In this document: piece after piece, positions 55,091-64,000 of the stretch
Position numbering within the stretch: position 1 is the first letter of the stretch
Layout of the letters: every line of letters starts with the position of its first letter
Assembly: GCA_963836235.1 (NCBI GenBank)
Contig: CAWIIP010000004.1
Location: 199,281 to 263,280, forward strand
Source: an uncultured Pseudomonadota bacterium
GTDB lineage: Bacteria > Oederibacteriota > Muellerivitia > Muellerivitales > Muellerivitaceae
DNA length: 64,000 nt
Direction of reading: 5' to 3'
Made by a program: the position numbers and the translations under genes
The notes under the pieces: model-generated
What the model was told of the DNA's origin: nothing
Database searches by the model: none
Seen by the model: only the letters and a program-made list of their open reading frames with translations

Positions 55091-55463
55091 AACCATCCTG
55101 ATCGTGGATGACAGTCCTATCAATTTGAAGCTGGTAAAGGTGTTATTGATCAAGGAAGGATACCAGGTGCAAACCGCTATTGACGCGGAGGAGGGCTTAA
55201 AATCCATCCAGGTTTCCAAGCCCCGATTGATCCTCACGGACATCCAGTTACCCGGCATGGATGGACTGGAAATGACAAGAAGGCTCAAAGCCTCTCCTGA
55301 AACCGCGGATATTAAGGTGGTTGCCTTGACGGCTTACGCCATGAAGGGTGACGAAGAAAAGGCCCGGGCGGCGGGCTGCGACGGTTATATTACCAAGCCA
55401 ATCGATACCCAGGCCCTGCCGGGTTTGATAGCGAAGCAACTCCAAAATGGAAACGGAAAATAA
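55080..55463 (+). CDS. single-domain response regulator (CheY-like receiver)
   Basis: [11 protein letters not shown] ... [14 protein letters not shown] ... KPID. Confidence 0.75.
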   Translation: MAGETILIVDDSPINLKLVKVLLIKEGYQVQTAIDAEEGLKSIQVSKPRLILTDIQLPGMDGLEMTRRLKASPETADIKVVALTAYAMKGDEEKARAAGCDGYITKPIDTQALPGLIAKQLQNGNGK

Positions 55464-56862
55464 AGTGAGCAAAATCCTCGTCGTGGACGATGACGCGATT
55501 GAACGCCGGCTCTTGACCACCCTTCTGGGCAAGGTGGGAGGTTACGAGGTGGTGACGGCCGAAACAGGCCGGTTGGGCTTGGAGCGGGCCGTCGAATCGG
55601 TGGAAGCGGTTCTTTTGGACCTTCAACTTCCCGACATGAGCGGCATGGAGGTTCTCCAGAAACTCAAAGCATCACGCCCGCAGCTTCCGGTGCTCATGCT
55701 GACCGGGGTGACCGACATTCAAAAGGCCGTGGAAGCCACCCGGTTGGGGGCCTACAACTATCTCACCAAACCTTTTGAGAATGATCACTTGCTCCTCAAC
55801 GTTAGGCACGCGCTTGAGAAAAACGAGCTTCTGGCCCAAATGGAGGAACTCCGCCAGAGGGCGGGCAAGGGCCCGGCCCTCAGCCGTATCTTGGGAAAAA
55901 GCCGTGGCATCGAAGAAGTACTTAGCCAGATCAAAAAGGTGGCCGGTTCCACCCTCACGGTGCTAATTCAGGGAGAAACGGGAACAGGCAAGGAACTGGC
56001 GGCCCGGGCACTGCACGAGGAAAGTCCAAGGCGCAATAAGCCCTTTGTGGCCATTGATTGCGGGGCCTTGGCGGAAAATCTTCTGGAATCGGAACTTTTT
56101 GGCCATGAAAAGGGAGCCTTTACCAGCGCGGACCGCCGGAAAGAGGGGCAATTGGTTCTTGCCCAGGGAGGAACCCTTTTCCTGGATGAGGTGGGAAATC
56201 TCCCGGTCGGCCTACAGGCCAAATTGCTGAGGGTTTTGCAGGAACGTCAGGTGAAACCAGTGGGCGCTGAAAAATCCATTGCCATCGATGTCCGTTTCAT
56301 CGCGGCGACCAACGTGCCGCTAGAAGAAGAGGCCAAGGCGGGAAAATTCCGACAGGACCTTTATTACCGCTTGGCCGAGTTTACCCTCAAATTGCCACCA
56401 TTAAGGGAGCGGCGGGAAGACATCTTGCCCTTATCCCAAAAGTTTCTGGAAGAAGCCTCCTTGGAACTCAGGCGTACCGTCGGATCTTTTTCGGGAGATG
56501 CCGAAAAGCTTCTTTTGGCTCATGTTTGGCCCGGCAACATTCGAGAACTTCGCAATGTCGTCCGCCAGTCGGTTTTGTTGGCTTCGGGCCCGATTGTTCA
56601 AGTAGAACAAATCAAAGATCTTTTAAAGGGAACCTCCGCCTCCCTGGAATCGCCTGGGCCGGTGGAGGTGCCCATCCTGCCGGGACAATCGCTCAAGCAA
56701 ATCGCTGAGAACGCCGTGGAAGAGGCAGAAAAACAAGCTATTCGGAGCGTTCTTAAGTCCACCAAGGGAAATAAGAGCCAAGCCTCCAAAATCCTCAAAA
56801 CGGACTATAAGACTCTTCATGTCAAGATCAAGAAATACGGTCTGAAAGCCTCCGAAGAATAA
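55447..56862 (+). CDS. sigma-54-dependent NtrC-family response regulator (receiver + AAA+ + Fis-type HTH)
   Basis: ILVVDDD receiver. AAA+ GETGTGKELAARALH and GAFTSA. C-terminal HTH. Confidence 0.85.
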   Translation: METENKVSKILVVDDDAIERRLLTTLLGKVGGYEVVTAETGRLGLERAVESVEAVLLDLQLPDMSGMEVLQKLKASRPQLPVLMLTGVTDIQKAVEATRLGAYNYLTKPFENDHLLLNVRHALEKNELLAQMEELRQRAGKGPALSRILGKSRGIEEVLSQIKKVAGSTLTVLIQGETGTGKELAARALHEESPRRNKPFVAIDCGALAENLLESELFGHEKGAFTSADRRKEGQLVLAQGGTLFLDEVGNLPVGLQAKLLRVLQERQVKPVGAEKSIAIDVRFIAATNVPLEEEAKAGKFRQDLYYRLAEFTLKLPPLRERREDILPLSQKFLEEASLELRRTVGSFSGDAEKLLLAHVWPGNIRELRNVVRQSVLLASGPIVQVEQIKDLLKGTSASLESPGPVEVPILPGQSLKQIAENAVEEAEKQAIRSVLKSTKGNKSQASKILKTDYKTLHVKIKKYGLKASEE

Positions 56863-57063
56863 AAGCGTCAAATTAAACACGAATGATCCTTCCGGACGTC
56901 GCTGCCTATGGCATGGCCACTATGGCGTTAACGCCATAGTTCCCGCTTTTTCCCCAAGTCCCTCTTCCAAAACACCCTGTTTTTAACCATTTTTCAGCGG
57001 CATTGTCTTTGCTTTATACCCAATAGAAGTTATCCAGTTTTCCAGAAAGCAAGGACCTTCAAC

Positions 57064-57468
57064 ATGCTGAACGAACCCATTCTTATCGTGGACGATAATT
57101 TGATGAACCTGAAACTCGAGAAAAGACTCCTAGAAGCGGAGAAATATCAGGTGCTCACGGCGCAAAACGCTGAAGAGACCATAAAGCTCCTGGAGTTTTT
57201 CCACCCTCGGCTGATCCTGATGGATTTTCAATTGCCGGGTTTGGATGGCGTGGAACTTACCAAAAAAATAAGGTCAAATCCCGAATACCGGAAAATGGTC
57301 ATCTTGATGGTGACCTCTAACGACCAGCAGGGAGACGAAGCCAAGGCAAAAGCCGCGGGATGCGATGGTTACCTGCTCAAGCCCATCGATACCCAGGCTT
57401 TGCCGGCCATTATCGCAGGTTATTTGAGGGATGGGCATGGCACCGGCCAATCCGGGAACAAAAAATAA
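57064..57468 (+). CDS. single-domain response regulator (CheY-like receiver)
   Basis: ILIVDDNLMNL ... LMDFQLPGLDGVEL ... KPID. Confidence 0.75.
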   Translation: MLNEPILIVDDNLMNLKLEKRLLEAEKYQVLTAQNAEETIKLLEFFHPRLILMDFQLPGLDGVELTKKIRSNPEYRKMVILMVTSNDQQGDEAKAKAAGCDGYLLKPIDTQALPAIIAGYLRDGHGTGQSGNKK

Positions 57469-57510
57469 TCAATCGAAAGCAGCCTGGAATATTTTGGCAA
57501 GGAGGACAAT

Positions 57511-58209
57511 ATGCTGACTATCAACAAGAACCGGACGACCTCATTTTCGGCAACGCCCCGCAGTTTTCTCGCCACGACGAATATCTTTAAAGCCGTTCCC
57601 GTTGAGGCTTTGAGGGAAATTGAGCGCCGAGTGGTTGAGAAAAAATTCCTCAAGGGCGCGTCTCTTTTTCTGGAAGGCGATCCGGCCCAATATGTGTGGT
57701 TTGTCAAGGAAGGACATGTGAAGGCGGTCATCAACGCCCCCAATGGGCGCTGCCAGACCCTTTGCATGGTGGGCCCCCAAAATATGTTTGGCTCCTGCTG
57801 TTCTTTAAACGGGAACGCCTACACTTGCAATGGGGTTGCCGAAACCGATGTCACCGTTGTTTCTTTCCCCCTGTCCGATTTCCTCGCTTTGATGGGGCGC
57901 TATCCCCAAATTTCCCTGGCCGTGGTGGCGCATGTTTCCAAGCGCCTACGTCATTCCAAGGACATGCAAGCCTTCGAACAGGAAAGCGTCGAAAAGCGAA
58001 TCCTGCATGTTTTGGTGGATATGGTGGGGGAATTCGGGAACACCATACCTTTGACCCGCCGGGAGATCGCGGAAATGGCCGGCACGACCGTGGAAACTTC
58101 CATACGCACCTTTTCCAGGCTGGAGGGGGAGGGGCTGGTTTCCACCGTTCGCGGGAAAATCACCGTTAAAAGCCTTCAAGTCTTGAACGACTATTTGGAA
58201 AAGGAGTGA
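57511..58209 (+). CDS. Crp/Fnr-family transcriptional regulator
   Basis: cNMP-binding-like beta-roll (FLEGDPAQYVWFVKEGHVK). C-terminal HTH LTRREIAEMAGTTVETSIRTFSRLEGEGLV. Confidence 0.7.
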   Translation: MLTINKNRTTSFSATPRSFLATTNIFKAVPVEALREIERRVVEKKFLKGASLFLEGDPAQYVWFVKEGHVKAVINAPNGRCQTLCMVGPQNMFGSCCSLNGNAYTCNGVAETDVTVVSFPLSDFLALMGRYPQISLAVVAHVSKRLRHSKDMQAFEQESVEKRILHVLVDMVGEFGNTIPLTRREIAEMAGTTVETSIRTFSRLEGEGLVSTVRGKITVKSLQVLNDYLEKE

Positions 58210-58403
58210 TGATGGGCTCTTGGAACCGGAAAGCAAAAACCGACCGTCAGGGCAAAAAACGTTCCGCATTGAAAGGTCTCCTGCGATTCGAGAAAACCGT
58301 GCCGGTTTATTCGCCTAAACCGGAGGCCGTAAACCCGCTCTTCTATATCGCCTATTCGGCCGAATTTCCGAAACCGGCCTTCAAGCACGCATAAGAGGGA
58401 CCC

Positions 58404-58712
58404 ATGACTGAACCTCAGAGCGGTTTGTGGGACAGGATGATCCAGCACCTGCGGGATTATGACCACCGAAGCCTTTCCTTCCACGGTTTAGTTTATCACC
58501 TGAAAAAAACGGTCGAAGTCGTGGAACTCGAGGAAGGGGAATTCTTGCGGGGTTGGCGCGGGGTTTGGAACCCTCTCGCGGAAATCGTCCGTCAAAATCC
58601 CGCGGCGGATGTCGACCCCATGGAAGTCCAGCCCCGGGTCGAACATCTGCGGACCTTTTTAATTTTCGGAAAAAGTAAATACTCCCCCAAGAACCCTTTC
58701 GCGCAACCCTAG
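58404..58712 (+). CDS. hypothetical protein
   Basis: 102 aa. No motif. Confidence 0.3.
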   Translation: MTEPQSGLWDRMIQHLRDYDHRSLSFHGLVYHLKKTVEVVELEEGEFLRGWRGVWNPLAEIVRQNPAADVDPMEVQPRVEHLRTFLIFGKSKYSPKNPFAQP

Positions 58713-58840
58713 AAGGCCGCGGGAAAAACGAAAATCCAAAAAACCTACCCTAAATTGAATCTTGAGTTTATGACAGGGATCATGGCGGCCTTTTTCAAAG
58801 GGCGATAGGTTAAAGCCGTGAGATCCTAAAGGAGAGACCC

Positions 58841-59140
58841 ATGAAGCCAAGTCTAACGGGTAAAAAAACCGATTGGGTCCAAACGCTGAAACCGGGCGAT
58901 GAAATCACCTTGGATATGACGGCGCTGGTCGAAAATGGGCTTGAACCCATGTCGGCTGTTTTGGAGACGGTGGAGGACATGAGGCCTTGCCAATGCCTCC
59001 ATGTGGTTTTCTGCCATGAACCGCTTGTTCTTTGCAAGGCGTTGGAGGAAAGGGGTTTTGAACATTACGCCCAATGCAGGAAGGGTGTTTGGGACATCTA
59101 CTTTAGGCAAAAGGATTGCCCCTGCCCCGGACACTTTTAA
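58841..59140 (+). CDS. DUF2249-like (TusA-fold-like) small protein, tentative
   Basis: ITLDMTAL ... EPMSAVLETVEDM ... VLCKALEERGFEH pattern. Found near hemerythrin/RIC genes. Confidence 0.3.
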   Translation: MKPSLTGKKTDWVQTLKPGDEITLDMTALVENGLEPMSAVLETVEDMRPCQCLHVVFCHEPLVLCKALEERGFEHYAQCRKGVWDIYFRQKDCPCPGHF

Positions 59141-59160
59141 TAAAAATGTTTTTGCCTTAA

Positions 59161-59706
59161 GTGAAGGTTTTTTTAAGGAGGTCAGTCATGAAAAAGTTAT
59201 TTTTTCTTTTGGCTTTAATTCTGGCGGTGGGACCCGTCTTGGCGGATGATTTGCATCCGGTGGCGCAGGACCAAGCCATCCAGCAATACCAAGATTTCTG
59301 GAAAACCGAGACGCCTGATCCGATGAATCATATCGTTTGGAAGCTTTATGTTTACCGGGCAATTCCGCCAGCCGCAAATCCCAAAAGCGCTTTGGAGTTC
59401 CTCGTTGGCGGATTGTCTCCCTACCACAATTATTATGTCCGGCTTAATATCAACCAATTGTACAACTTCCTGCATCCCCTTCCGCAAAGGGGGGATGTCA
59501 TTGTGGTGAGCGGCCGAGTCCGCGACCACCGGGATTACCACGCGACTCTCCCGAAGAAGGAAGTGATTTTAAAGAGCCTTACCCTGGATTTGGACGACGC
59601 GAACGCCGTGCCTAACGAACATTTTGACCCTTCGGTGTGGCCCAGCCCCACGCCTGGGGCCGCCCCAGCAGTTTCACCCGCGGTCGGCAATCCAACCTCG
59701 CGTTGA
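59161..59706 (+). CDS. secreted protein, hypothetical
   Basis: Signal peptide MKKLFFLLALILAVGPVLA. Confidence 0.35.
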   Translation: MKVFLRRSVMKKLFFLLALILAVGPVLADDLHPVAQDQAIQQYQDFWKTETPDPMNHIVWKLYVYRAIPPAANPKSALEFLVGGLSPYHNYYVRLNINQLYNFLHPLPQRGDVIVVSGRVRDHRDYHATLPKKEVILKSLTLDLDDANAVPNEHFDPSVWPSPTPGAAPAVSPAVGNPTSR

Positions 59707-59806
59707 ATCTGTTATGGATCGTAAACGAAAATAAGACTTTTCTTTAGCATGAATCTTAAAAGGGGAGGCGTTCGCCTCCCCTAAAAATAAAACCATGGAG
59801 GAAGAA

Positions 59807-59932
59807 ATGAAAAAAGTTAAAGCGAGAGCTAAAAAAGTTTATAAAGCCTGCGCTGGATGCGGTGGAAAAATATTGAAAAGCAAGGGAATGATGTCGCGTG
59901 GCAAGTTTTATTGCTGTGCGGGTTGCAAATAA
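59807..59932 (+). CDS. small Cys-rich metal-binding protein (TRASH-like CxxC...CCxxC), tentative
   Basis: 41 aa. MKKVKARAKKVYKACAGCGGKILKSKGMMSRGKFYCCAGCK. RBS GGAGGAAG. Confidence 0.3.
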   Translation: MKKVKARAKKVYKACAGCGGKILKSKGMMSRGKFYCCAGCK

Positions 59933-59983
59933 CCTGCGAGTGAAATTTTGAGGGGAGAGGTCCCTTGGCCGAAGGAAGAGTTA

Positions 59984-60343
59984 ATGAACACTATTTTATG
60001 GATTTTACAATTTTTGTTAGCTGGAATCTTTCTGTGGGACGGTTACCTTAAGTATTACAAGCCTGAAACGATGAAAGCGCAGGGCTTGGAGGATATGGGA
60101 CTTCTCCTCTTCATCGGTTTATGCGAGATGTTCGGGGCGGGGGGTTTACTTCTTCCCGCCCTCATGCGTGGGATTTCCTGGCTAATACCTTTGGCCGCAT
60201 TGGGGATCGCCATGATCATGATTCTTGCCGCCCGTTTCCGCCTAAAACGCCATGAAGCCAAGGCCGCCGGGCTCACCTTCCTCCTGCTGTTCCTGTCGGT
60301 TTTCGTGGCCTGTGGACGGTTCTTTCTTTCTCCGCTGGACTGA
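59984..60343 (+). CDS. DoxX-family membrane protein
   Basis: MNTILWILQFLLAGIFLWDGYLKY is a DoxX-like start. RBS GAAGGAAGAG. Confidence 0.5.
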   Translation: MNTILWILQFLLAGIFLWDGYLKYYKPETMKAQGLEDMGLLLFIGLCEMFGAGGLLLPALMRGISWLIPLAALGIAMIMILAARFRLKRHEAKAAGLTFLLLFLSVFVACGRFFLSPLD

Positions 60344-60388
60344 AGAGGGCTGATAACGGGTATGATGATCCCCAATCGTCCTTGAGTT

Positions 60389-61048
60389 TTGGGGGCGGCT
60401 TCAGATCAACACGGGGTTTCTGTTTTGCTCGACTACTTGCAGTCCTTACTTACGCACTACGGTTATTCGGCCCTTTTCTTCGTGCTTTTCCTGAACAACC
60501 TCGGCATTCCCGCTCCCGGGACTTCGATCCTTTTGGGGGCCGGTCTTTTCGTGGGGAAAGGGATTCTTTCTTTTTGGATGACGGTCGTCACCGCCACGGC
60601 AGCCTGTTTCCTGGGAAGCAATTGCGGTTATTGGCTGGGCCTGAGGTTTGGACTCCCTCTTTTGGGCAAGATCCATTGGCTCCACCTCACCCATCAACGG
60701 ATCAAGCATATGGAACGGTTTTTCAAAAGGTACGGACCAAAAGGTGTCTTCTTTGCCCGGTTCGTGGCCTTTCTTCATCCGCTCATCGGCCTTATGGCAG
60801 GCGTCGGAAAAACGCCGAAAGGTCCTTTCCTCATTTACAACCTTGCCGGTGCGGCGGTCTATAGCCTGCTTTATACCCTGGCGGGGAATTGGTTCGGGTC
60901 CAAATGGGGGCTCCATAATGTCTGGATGGTTCATATGAGCTCTTACATCCTTTTATTGGTGGTCGTCCTCATTCTCTTGAGTCTCTTTTGGCGCTATTCC
61001 ATTCATAGTTTTTTGGGTTATATATATTTCAAAAAAAGGCGCCGGTAG
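60389..61048 (+). CDS. DedA/VTT-family membrane protein
   Basis: HYGYSALFFVLFLNNLGIPAPG ... FFARFVAFLHPLIGLMAGVG is the DedA signature. Confidence 0.7.
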   Translation: MGAASDQHGVSVLLDYLQSLLTHYGYSALFFVLFLNNLGIPAPGTSILLGAGLFVGKGILSFWMTVVTATAACFLGSNCGYWLGLRFGLPLLGKIHWLHLTHQRIKHMERFFKRYGPKGVFFARFVAFLHPLIGLMAGVGKTPKGPFLIYNLAGAAVYSLLYTLAGNWFGSKWGLHNVWMVHMSSYILLLVVVLILLSLFWRYSIHSFLGYIYFKKRRR

Positions 61049-61119
61049 TATCGGCCAGGTACCCCTTAGCATCCTACCGGGCATCCAAAGGGCTAAATAG
61101 GTTAAACTGTCGCTTCAAC

Positions 61120-61353
61120 CTATGGATCGTATTGGCTTTGGTTTTTTTTATTTCTTGAACCTTCTTTTTCCTCGTGGACTTCCAGGATGGGCTCGATCCT
61201 GGCAAACTCCTCAAGGGATATCTGGTGGGGCTGGCCGCCGGAAACCTCAATCAAGCAGATGGGTTCTTCCGCCGAACTGGAGATGGCTGAAACCTGGTCG
61301 AGATTCAGCCATAAATTCTTATTGTCGATCGTCTTGACGTGAATGAAGGGCAT
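61120..61353 (-). CDS. hypothetical protein
   Basis: 77 aa, immediately downstream of the SDR gene on the minus strand. Confidence 0.25.
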   Translation of the reverse strand: MPFIHVKTIDNKNLWLNLDQVSAISSSAEEPICLIEVSGGQPHQISLEEFARIEPILEVHEEKEGSRNKKNQSQYDP

Positions 61354-61365
61354 GCTTTCTCCTCC

Positions 61366-62157
61366 TCAAGAAAGCAGCATTCCGCCGTCCACGACCACCA
61401 ATGCGCCGGTCATGTAATTGGCGGCGCCGGAGGCCAGGAACAGCACCACTTTGGCGATGTCATCGGGAACCCCCATGCGCTTGAGGGGGATCCGGCTCAT
61501 GAAACCGTCCATCATTTCCTTCATTTGGGCCGGCGTCATACCGCTTCCCGCCAGGGGTTGGGCGGTGCCTTCGGTGTTGATCCCGCCGGGCGCGATGGCG
61601 TTGACCAGGATGCCATGGGGGGCCACTTCCACCGCGAAGTTCTTGGTGAAACTCAGGACTCCGCCTTTGGAAGCGTCATAGGCCGCCAAGCCCACCATGG
61701 AAGGGTGGACGCTGTCGATCGAGGCGATGTTGATGATCCGGCCCCGGCTTTCCTGCTTCATCATTTGGAGCGCCGCTGCCTTGGACAGGAAGGCCATACC
61801 CCGAAGGTTGATGGCGTAAACCTTGTCGAAGAGGGCGGAGTCCATTTTCAGCATCGGAACTTGGGGGTAAATACCAGCGTTGTTGACCAGAATATCCAGT
61901 TTCCCGAAATCACTCACGCAGGCCTTTACTGCCTTTTCCCAACTCTCGTCCTTGGATATATCCAGAGCCAGGGTCCGCACCTTTCCCTTTTTTAAGCGGT
62001 TTGGCACGTTCTCCAGGGCTTTTGGATTCACGTCAACCACCATCACTTCGGCACCCGCTTCCACCAACCGTTCGGTGATTCCGAATCCGATACCCAAGGC
62101 CCCGCCAGTGACAATGGCGGCTTTTCCTGTTATGTCAAAAGGATTTGTGTTTTCCAT
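61366..62157 (-). CDS. SDR-family oxidoreductase (short-chain dehydrogenase/reductase)
   Basis: TGGALGIG cofactor loop. Catalytic YDASKGG. NAIAPG. Confidence 0.8.
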   Translation of the reverse strand: MENTNPFDITGKAAIVTGGALGIGFGITERLVEAGAEVMVVDVNPKALENVPNRLKKGKVRTLALDISKDESWEKAVKACVSDFGKLDILVNNAGIYPQVPMLKMDSALFDKVYAINLRGMAFLSKAAALQMMKQESRGRIINIASIDSVHPSMVGLAAYDASKGGVLSFTKNFAVEVAPHGILVNAIAPGGINTEGTAQPLAGSGMTPAQMKEMMDGFMSRIPLKRMGVPDDIAKVVLFLASGAANYMTGALVVVDGGMLLS

Positions 62158-62362
62158 GACCGACCTCCAAACAATATGCTTTCAACTTATTTATTAGGAT
62201 GCACCCAGAATAATTTTGCCGCTATGACAGGGGTCATGTTGCGGACTACCGAATCCCGAACTTTGAAATTATATGAGCCCTGTCATGCGTGAAATCTCAA
62301 GGAATAAAGATAATGATTAATCAATAGGGGAAAGAGGGGCCTTGGGTTGAAGGAGGAGTGAA

Positions 62363-63097
62363 ATGAAAGTCGATCCAGCCCAGGCGGTGGGGCAAATCGC
62401 CGTCGAATTCAAGGAAGCCATTCCTGTTTTCGAAAAATTCAACATCAATTATTATAGCGAAGGCAATAGGACTTTGCGGGAAGCCTGCTATATCGCGGGT
62501 GTGCCGATGGAGAACATCGCGGCGGCCTTGGAAGAAGTCCAGCACCGCCACCAGGAATGGTACAAGCAGGAACCGGACTGGTGGAATGAGTCCATGGCGG
62601 ATTTGATCGTCTATATCGTGGGCGTCCACCACGTTTATACCCGTGGGCAACTGAACCGAATCGAGGAAATGCTGGATGCCCTGACGGCGAAGAAGGGCAA
62701 GTCGAACCCCGAGCTGATCGCCGTCCGGCGTCTTTTCCTGAAGATGGCCGAGGACTTGCGGGTCCACCTGTTGCGGGAGGAGGAAACGGTGTTCCCCTAC
62801 TTGATCCAAGCCGAAAGGGCGGTACAGCGCAATGAGCCCATCCCCCGCCCCTTCACGGGTTACAACAGTTTTACCCATCCCATCCGCGCCCTGCTCTTTG
62901 AGCACGGTATGATGGACCGGGAATGGAGGGACATCGTGCAATTGACCCATCATTTCGAGCCGCCCGCCTCCCAGCGTAAAATGCTGCGCCCCCTCTATGA
63001 GGCCATGAAGGAACTGGAAAAGGACGACGAAAAGCACATCCACCTGGAAAATAATATCTTGCTCAAGAAGGCCACCCAAATGGGCCTGTTGGATTAG
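62363..63097 (+). CDS. iron-sulfur cluster repair di-iron protein (RIC/ScdA/YtfE family)
   Basis: ScdA_N-like start (VGQIAVEFKEAIPVFEKFNINYY). Hemerythrin-like His/Glu-rich repeats. Confidence 0.7.
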   Translation: MKVDPAQAVGQIAVEFKEAIPVFEKFNINYYSEGNRTLREACYIAGVPMENIAAALEEVQHRHQEWYKQEPDWWNESMADLIVYIVGVHHVYTRGQLNRIEEMLDALTAKKGKSNPELIAVRRLFLKMAEDLRVHLLREEETVFPYLIQAERAVQRNEPIPRPFTGYNSFTHPIRALLFEHGMMDREWRDIVQLTHHFEPPASQRKMLRPLYEAMKELEKDDEKHIHLENNILLKKATQMGLLD

Positions 63098-63282
63098 TGC
63101 GTACCGCTACCAGCCAGCACGTTGTTAAAGGATTTTCCACTTGCAGGATTTGGTAATAGATTTTCCCATTTCTTTCGATCGAGGGCCCGACTTTTAGCAT
63201 GATCCATAAAGGACGCTGGGTTGTGGAGGCCCTTTTTCCATGGTTCCCCGGCGCACCCGGTCCTCCGGTTCCCGAAGGGAAA

Positions 63283-63537
63283 TCACTTAAACTTTTCTGC
63301 AAAGAGGTTATAAAGCCAGGCGAAGAGAACTCCGCCGATTCCCCCGTCCACCAGGGCGTAAACCAGACCGATCAGGCTTCCCATGGGGCTTATGTTGTAA
63401 CCCCGGTAAATATGCCCAATTCCAAAGAGGCCGTGGGTCGGCCCCTCAAAAAGAATGACCCACCAAGTCAGGAAGAAAAGCCCTACCCCCCATATTAAAC
63501 TAAAAGTTAAACCGAATGCTTTGATGTTTAGCCTCAT
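63283..63537 (-). CDS. small membrane protein, hypothetical
   Basis: 84 aa with two TM helices. Confidence 0.3.
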   Translation of the reverse strand: MRLNIKAFGLTFSLIWGVGLFFLTWWVILFEGPTHGLFGIGHIYRGYNISPMGSLIGLVYALVDGGIGGVLFAWLYNLFAEKFK

Positions 63538-63696
63538 CGCATACTCCTTGAAACGAAAATTACGGACCCAGTTTGTTCCAACGGCTTCTCCGCTAAAGGT
63601 ACTTTAATAATTACGAGGAGATTATGATCGCTGTCACATCCATGGCATGGCATGGGAATTATCCTGGGACGGTAGGTTCTGGAAGGGGAGTCGAAC

Positions 63697-64000
63697 ATGG
63701 ATTCGAGGGATCAATTACCAACTATTGGTGTCATCACCGAGGTGCAAGGCCCGGTGGTCCATATCGCCTGCCGGACCCTGCCTCCCTTACGGCGGGCCTT
63801 AAAGGCGGACCTGGAGGGAGCCACCTGCATCCTTGAGGTATACCAGCATTTGGATGAGAAACACATCCGGGCAATCGCCCTGCACCGGGCCTCGGGCTTG
63901 AGGAGGGGATTGGAAGTCACCGACAGCGGCGCCCCCATCCATGTTCCCGTTTCCCCCGATTGCCTGGGCCGGGTGCTGGACATCTTCGGCACCCCACTGG
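63697..64000 (+). CDS. atpD: ATP synthase F1 beta subunit, N-terminal part (runs off the window end)
   Basis: TIGVITEVQGPVVHI ... LEVYQHLDEKHIRAIALHRASGLRRGLEVTDSGAPIHVPVSPDCLGRVLDIFGTPL matches the beta-subunit N-terminal beta-barrel. RBS GGAAGGGGAG. Confidence 0.6.
   Translation, partial: MDSRDQLPTIGVITEVQGPVVHIACRTLPPLRRALKADLEGATCILEVYQHLDEKHIRAIALHRASGLRRGLEVTDSGAPIHVPVSPDCLGRVLDIFGTPL

Noticed and set aside
54104-55288. Minus-strand ORFs of 144-222 aa
   Set aside because: Antisense to the histidine kinase and receiver genes. Ser/Arg-rich, with no motifs.
59761-59795. Hairpin AGGGGAGGCG-TT-CGCCTCCCCT followed by an A-run as a terminator
   Set aside because: The A-run follows the stem on the + strand, so it would terminate minus-strand transcription, but no minus-strand gene lies nearby to the right. 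This may be a bidirectional terminator or a coincidental hairpin, so it was not annotated.

Overview
This 64-kb window is a mosaic. Coordinates 1 to about 46.7 kb read as horizontally acquired DNA, and about 46.7 to 64 kb read as GC-rich core genome. The acquired part consists of AT-rich cargo blocks (1-14.8 kb and 20.5-33.4 kb) interleaved with GC-rich blocks.

From left to right the acquired part contains:
- a replication-relaxation-like protein, then a three-gene operon of an MBL-fold protein, an E2/E1 fusion and a JAB isopeptidase (Cap2/Cap3-like, with no cyclase);
- an SRAP/YedK abasic-site protein, a CoiA-like nuclease, and a PIN-GNAT-ASCH fusion with an ASCH partner;
- a dNMP 5'-nucleotidase, a glycine-zipper protein, and the translesion polymerase pair umuDC;
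- a 1.7-kb hairpin- and repeat-dense non-coding stretch, then a plasmid-type ArdC/DUF2958 module;
- an AT-rich defence-like islet: a Rad50/SbcC-like ATPase with a CPLC hook, a HigB/HigA-like pair, a zinc-ribbon protein with an NDT/TIR-like domain, XRE regulators, and an HNH-DGQH(K) protein next to a 1073-aa gamma-class N6-adenine methyltransferase;
- secreted proteins and lipoproteins;
- a partial type IV secretion system (pilin, VirB6-, VirB3-, VirB4-, VirB8-like) with a TPR-GGDEF protein, SpoVG, an excisionase, a tyrosine integrase and a 50-nt 3' fragment resembling tRNA-Thr(UGU), which is probably the att site of an integrative conjugative element.

The core part carries a zinc alcohol dehydrogenase, a frameshifted ppsA, an outer-membrane beta-barrel, stress proteins (DUF883, two DUF2934 proteins, HdeD), a PAS histidine kinase with two CheY-like receivers and an NtrC-type regulator, Crp/Fnr, a DUF2249-like protein, DoxX, DedA, an SDR, RIC/ScdA, and the 5' end of atpD.

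The strongest candidate for an undescribed system is the MBL + E2/E1 + JAB operon. No rRNA genes or CRISPR arrays were seen, and the only tRNA-like sequence is the partial fragment next to the integrase.
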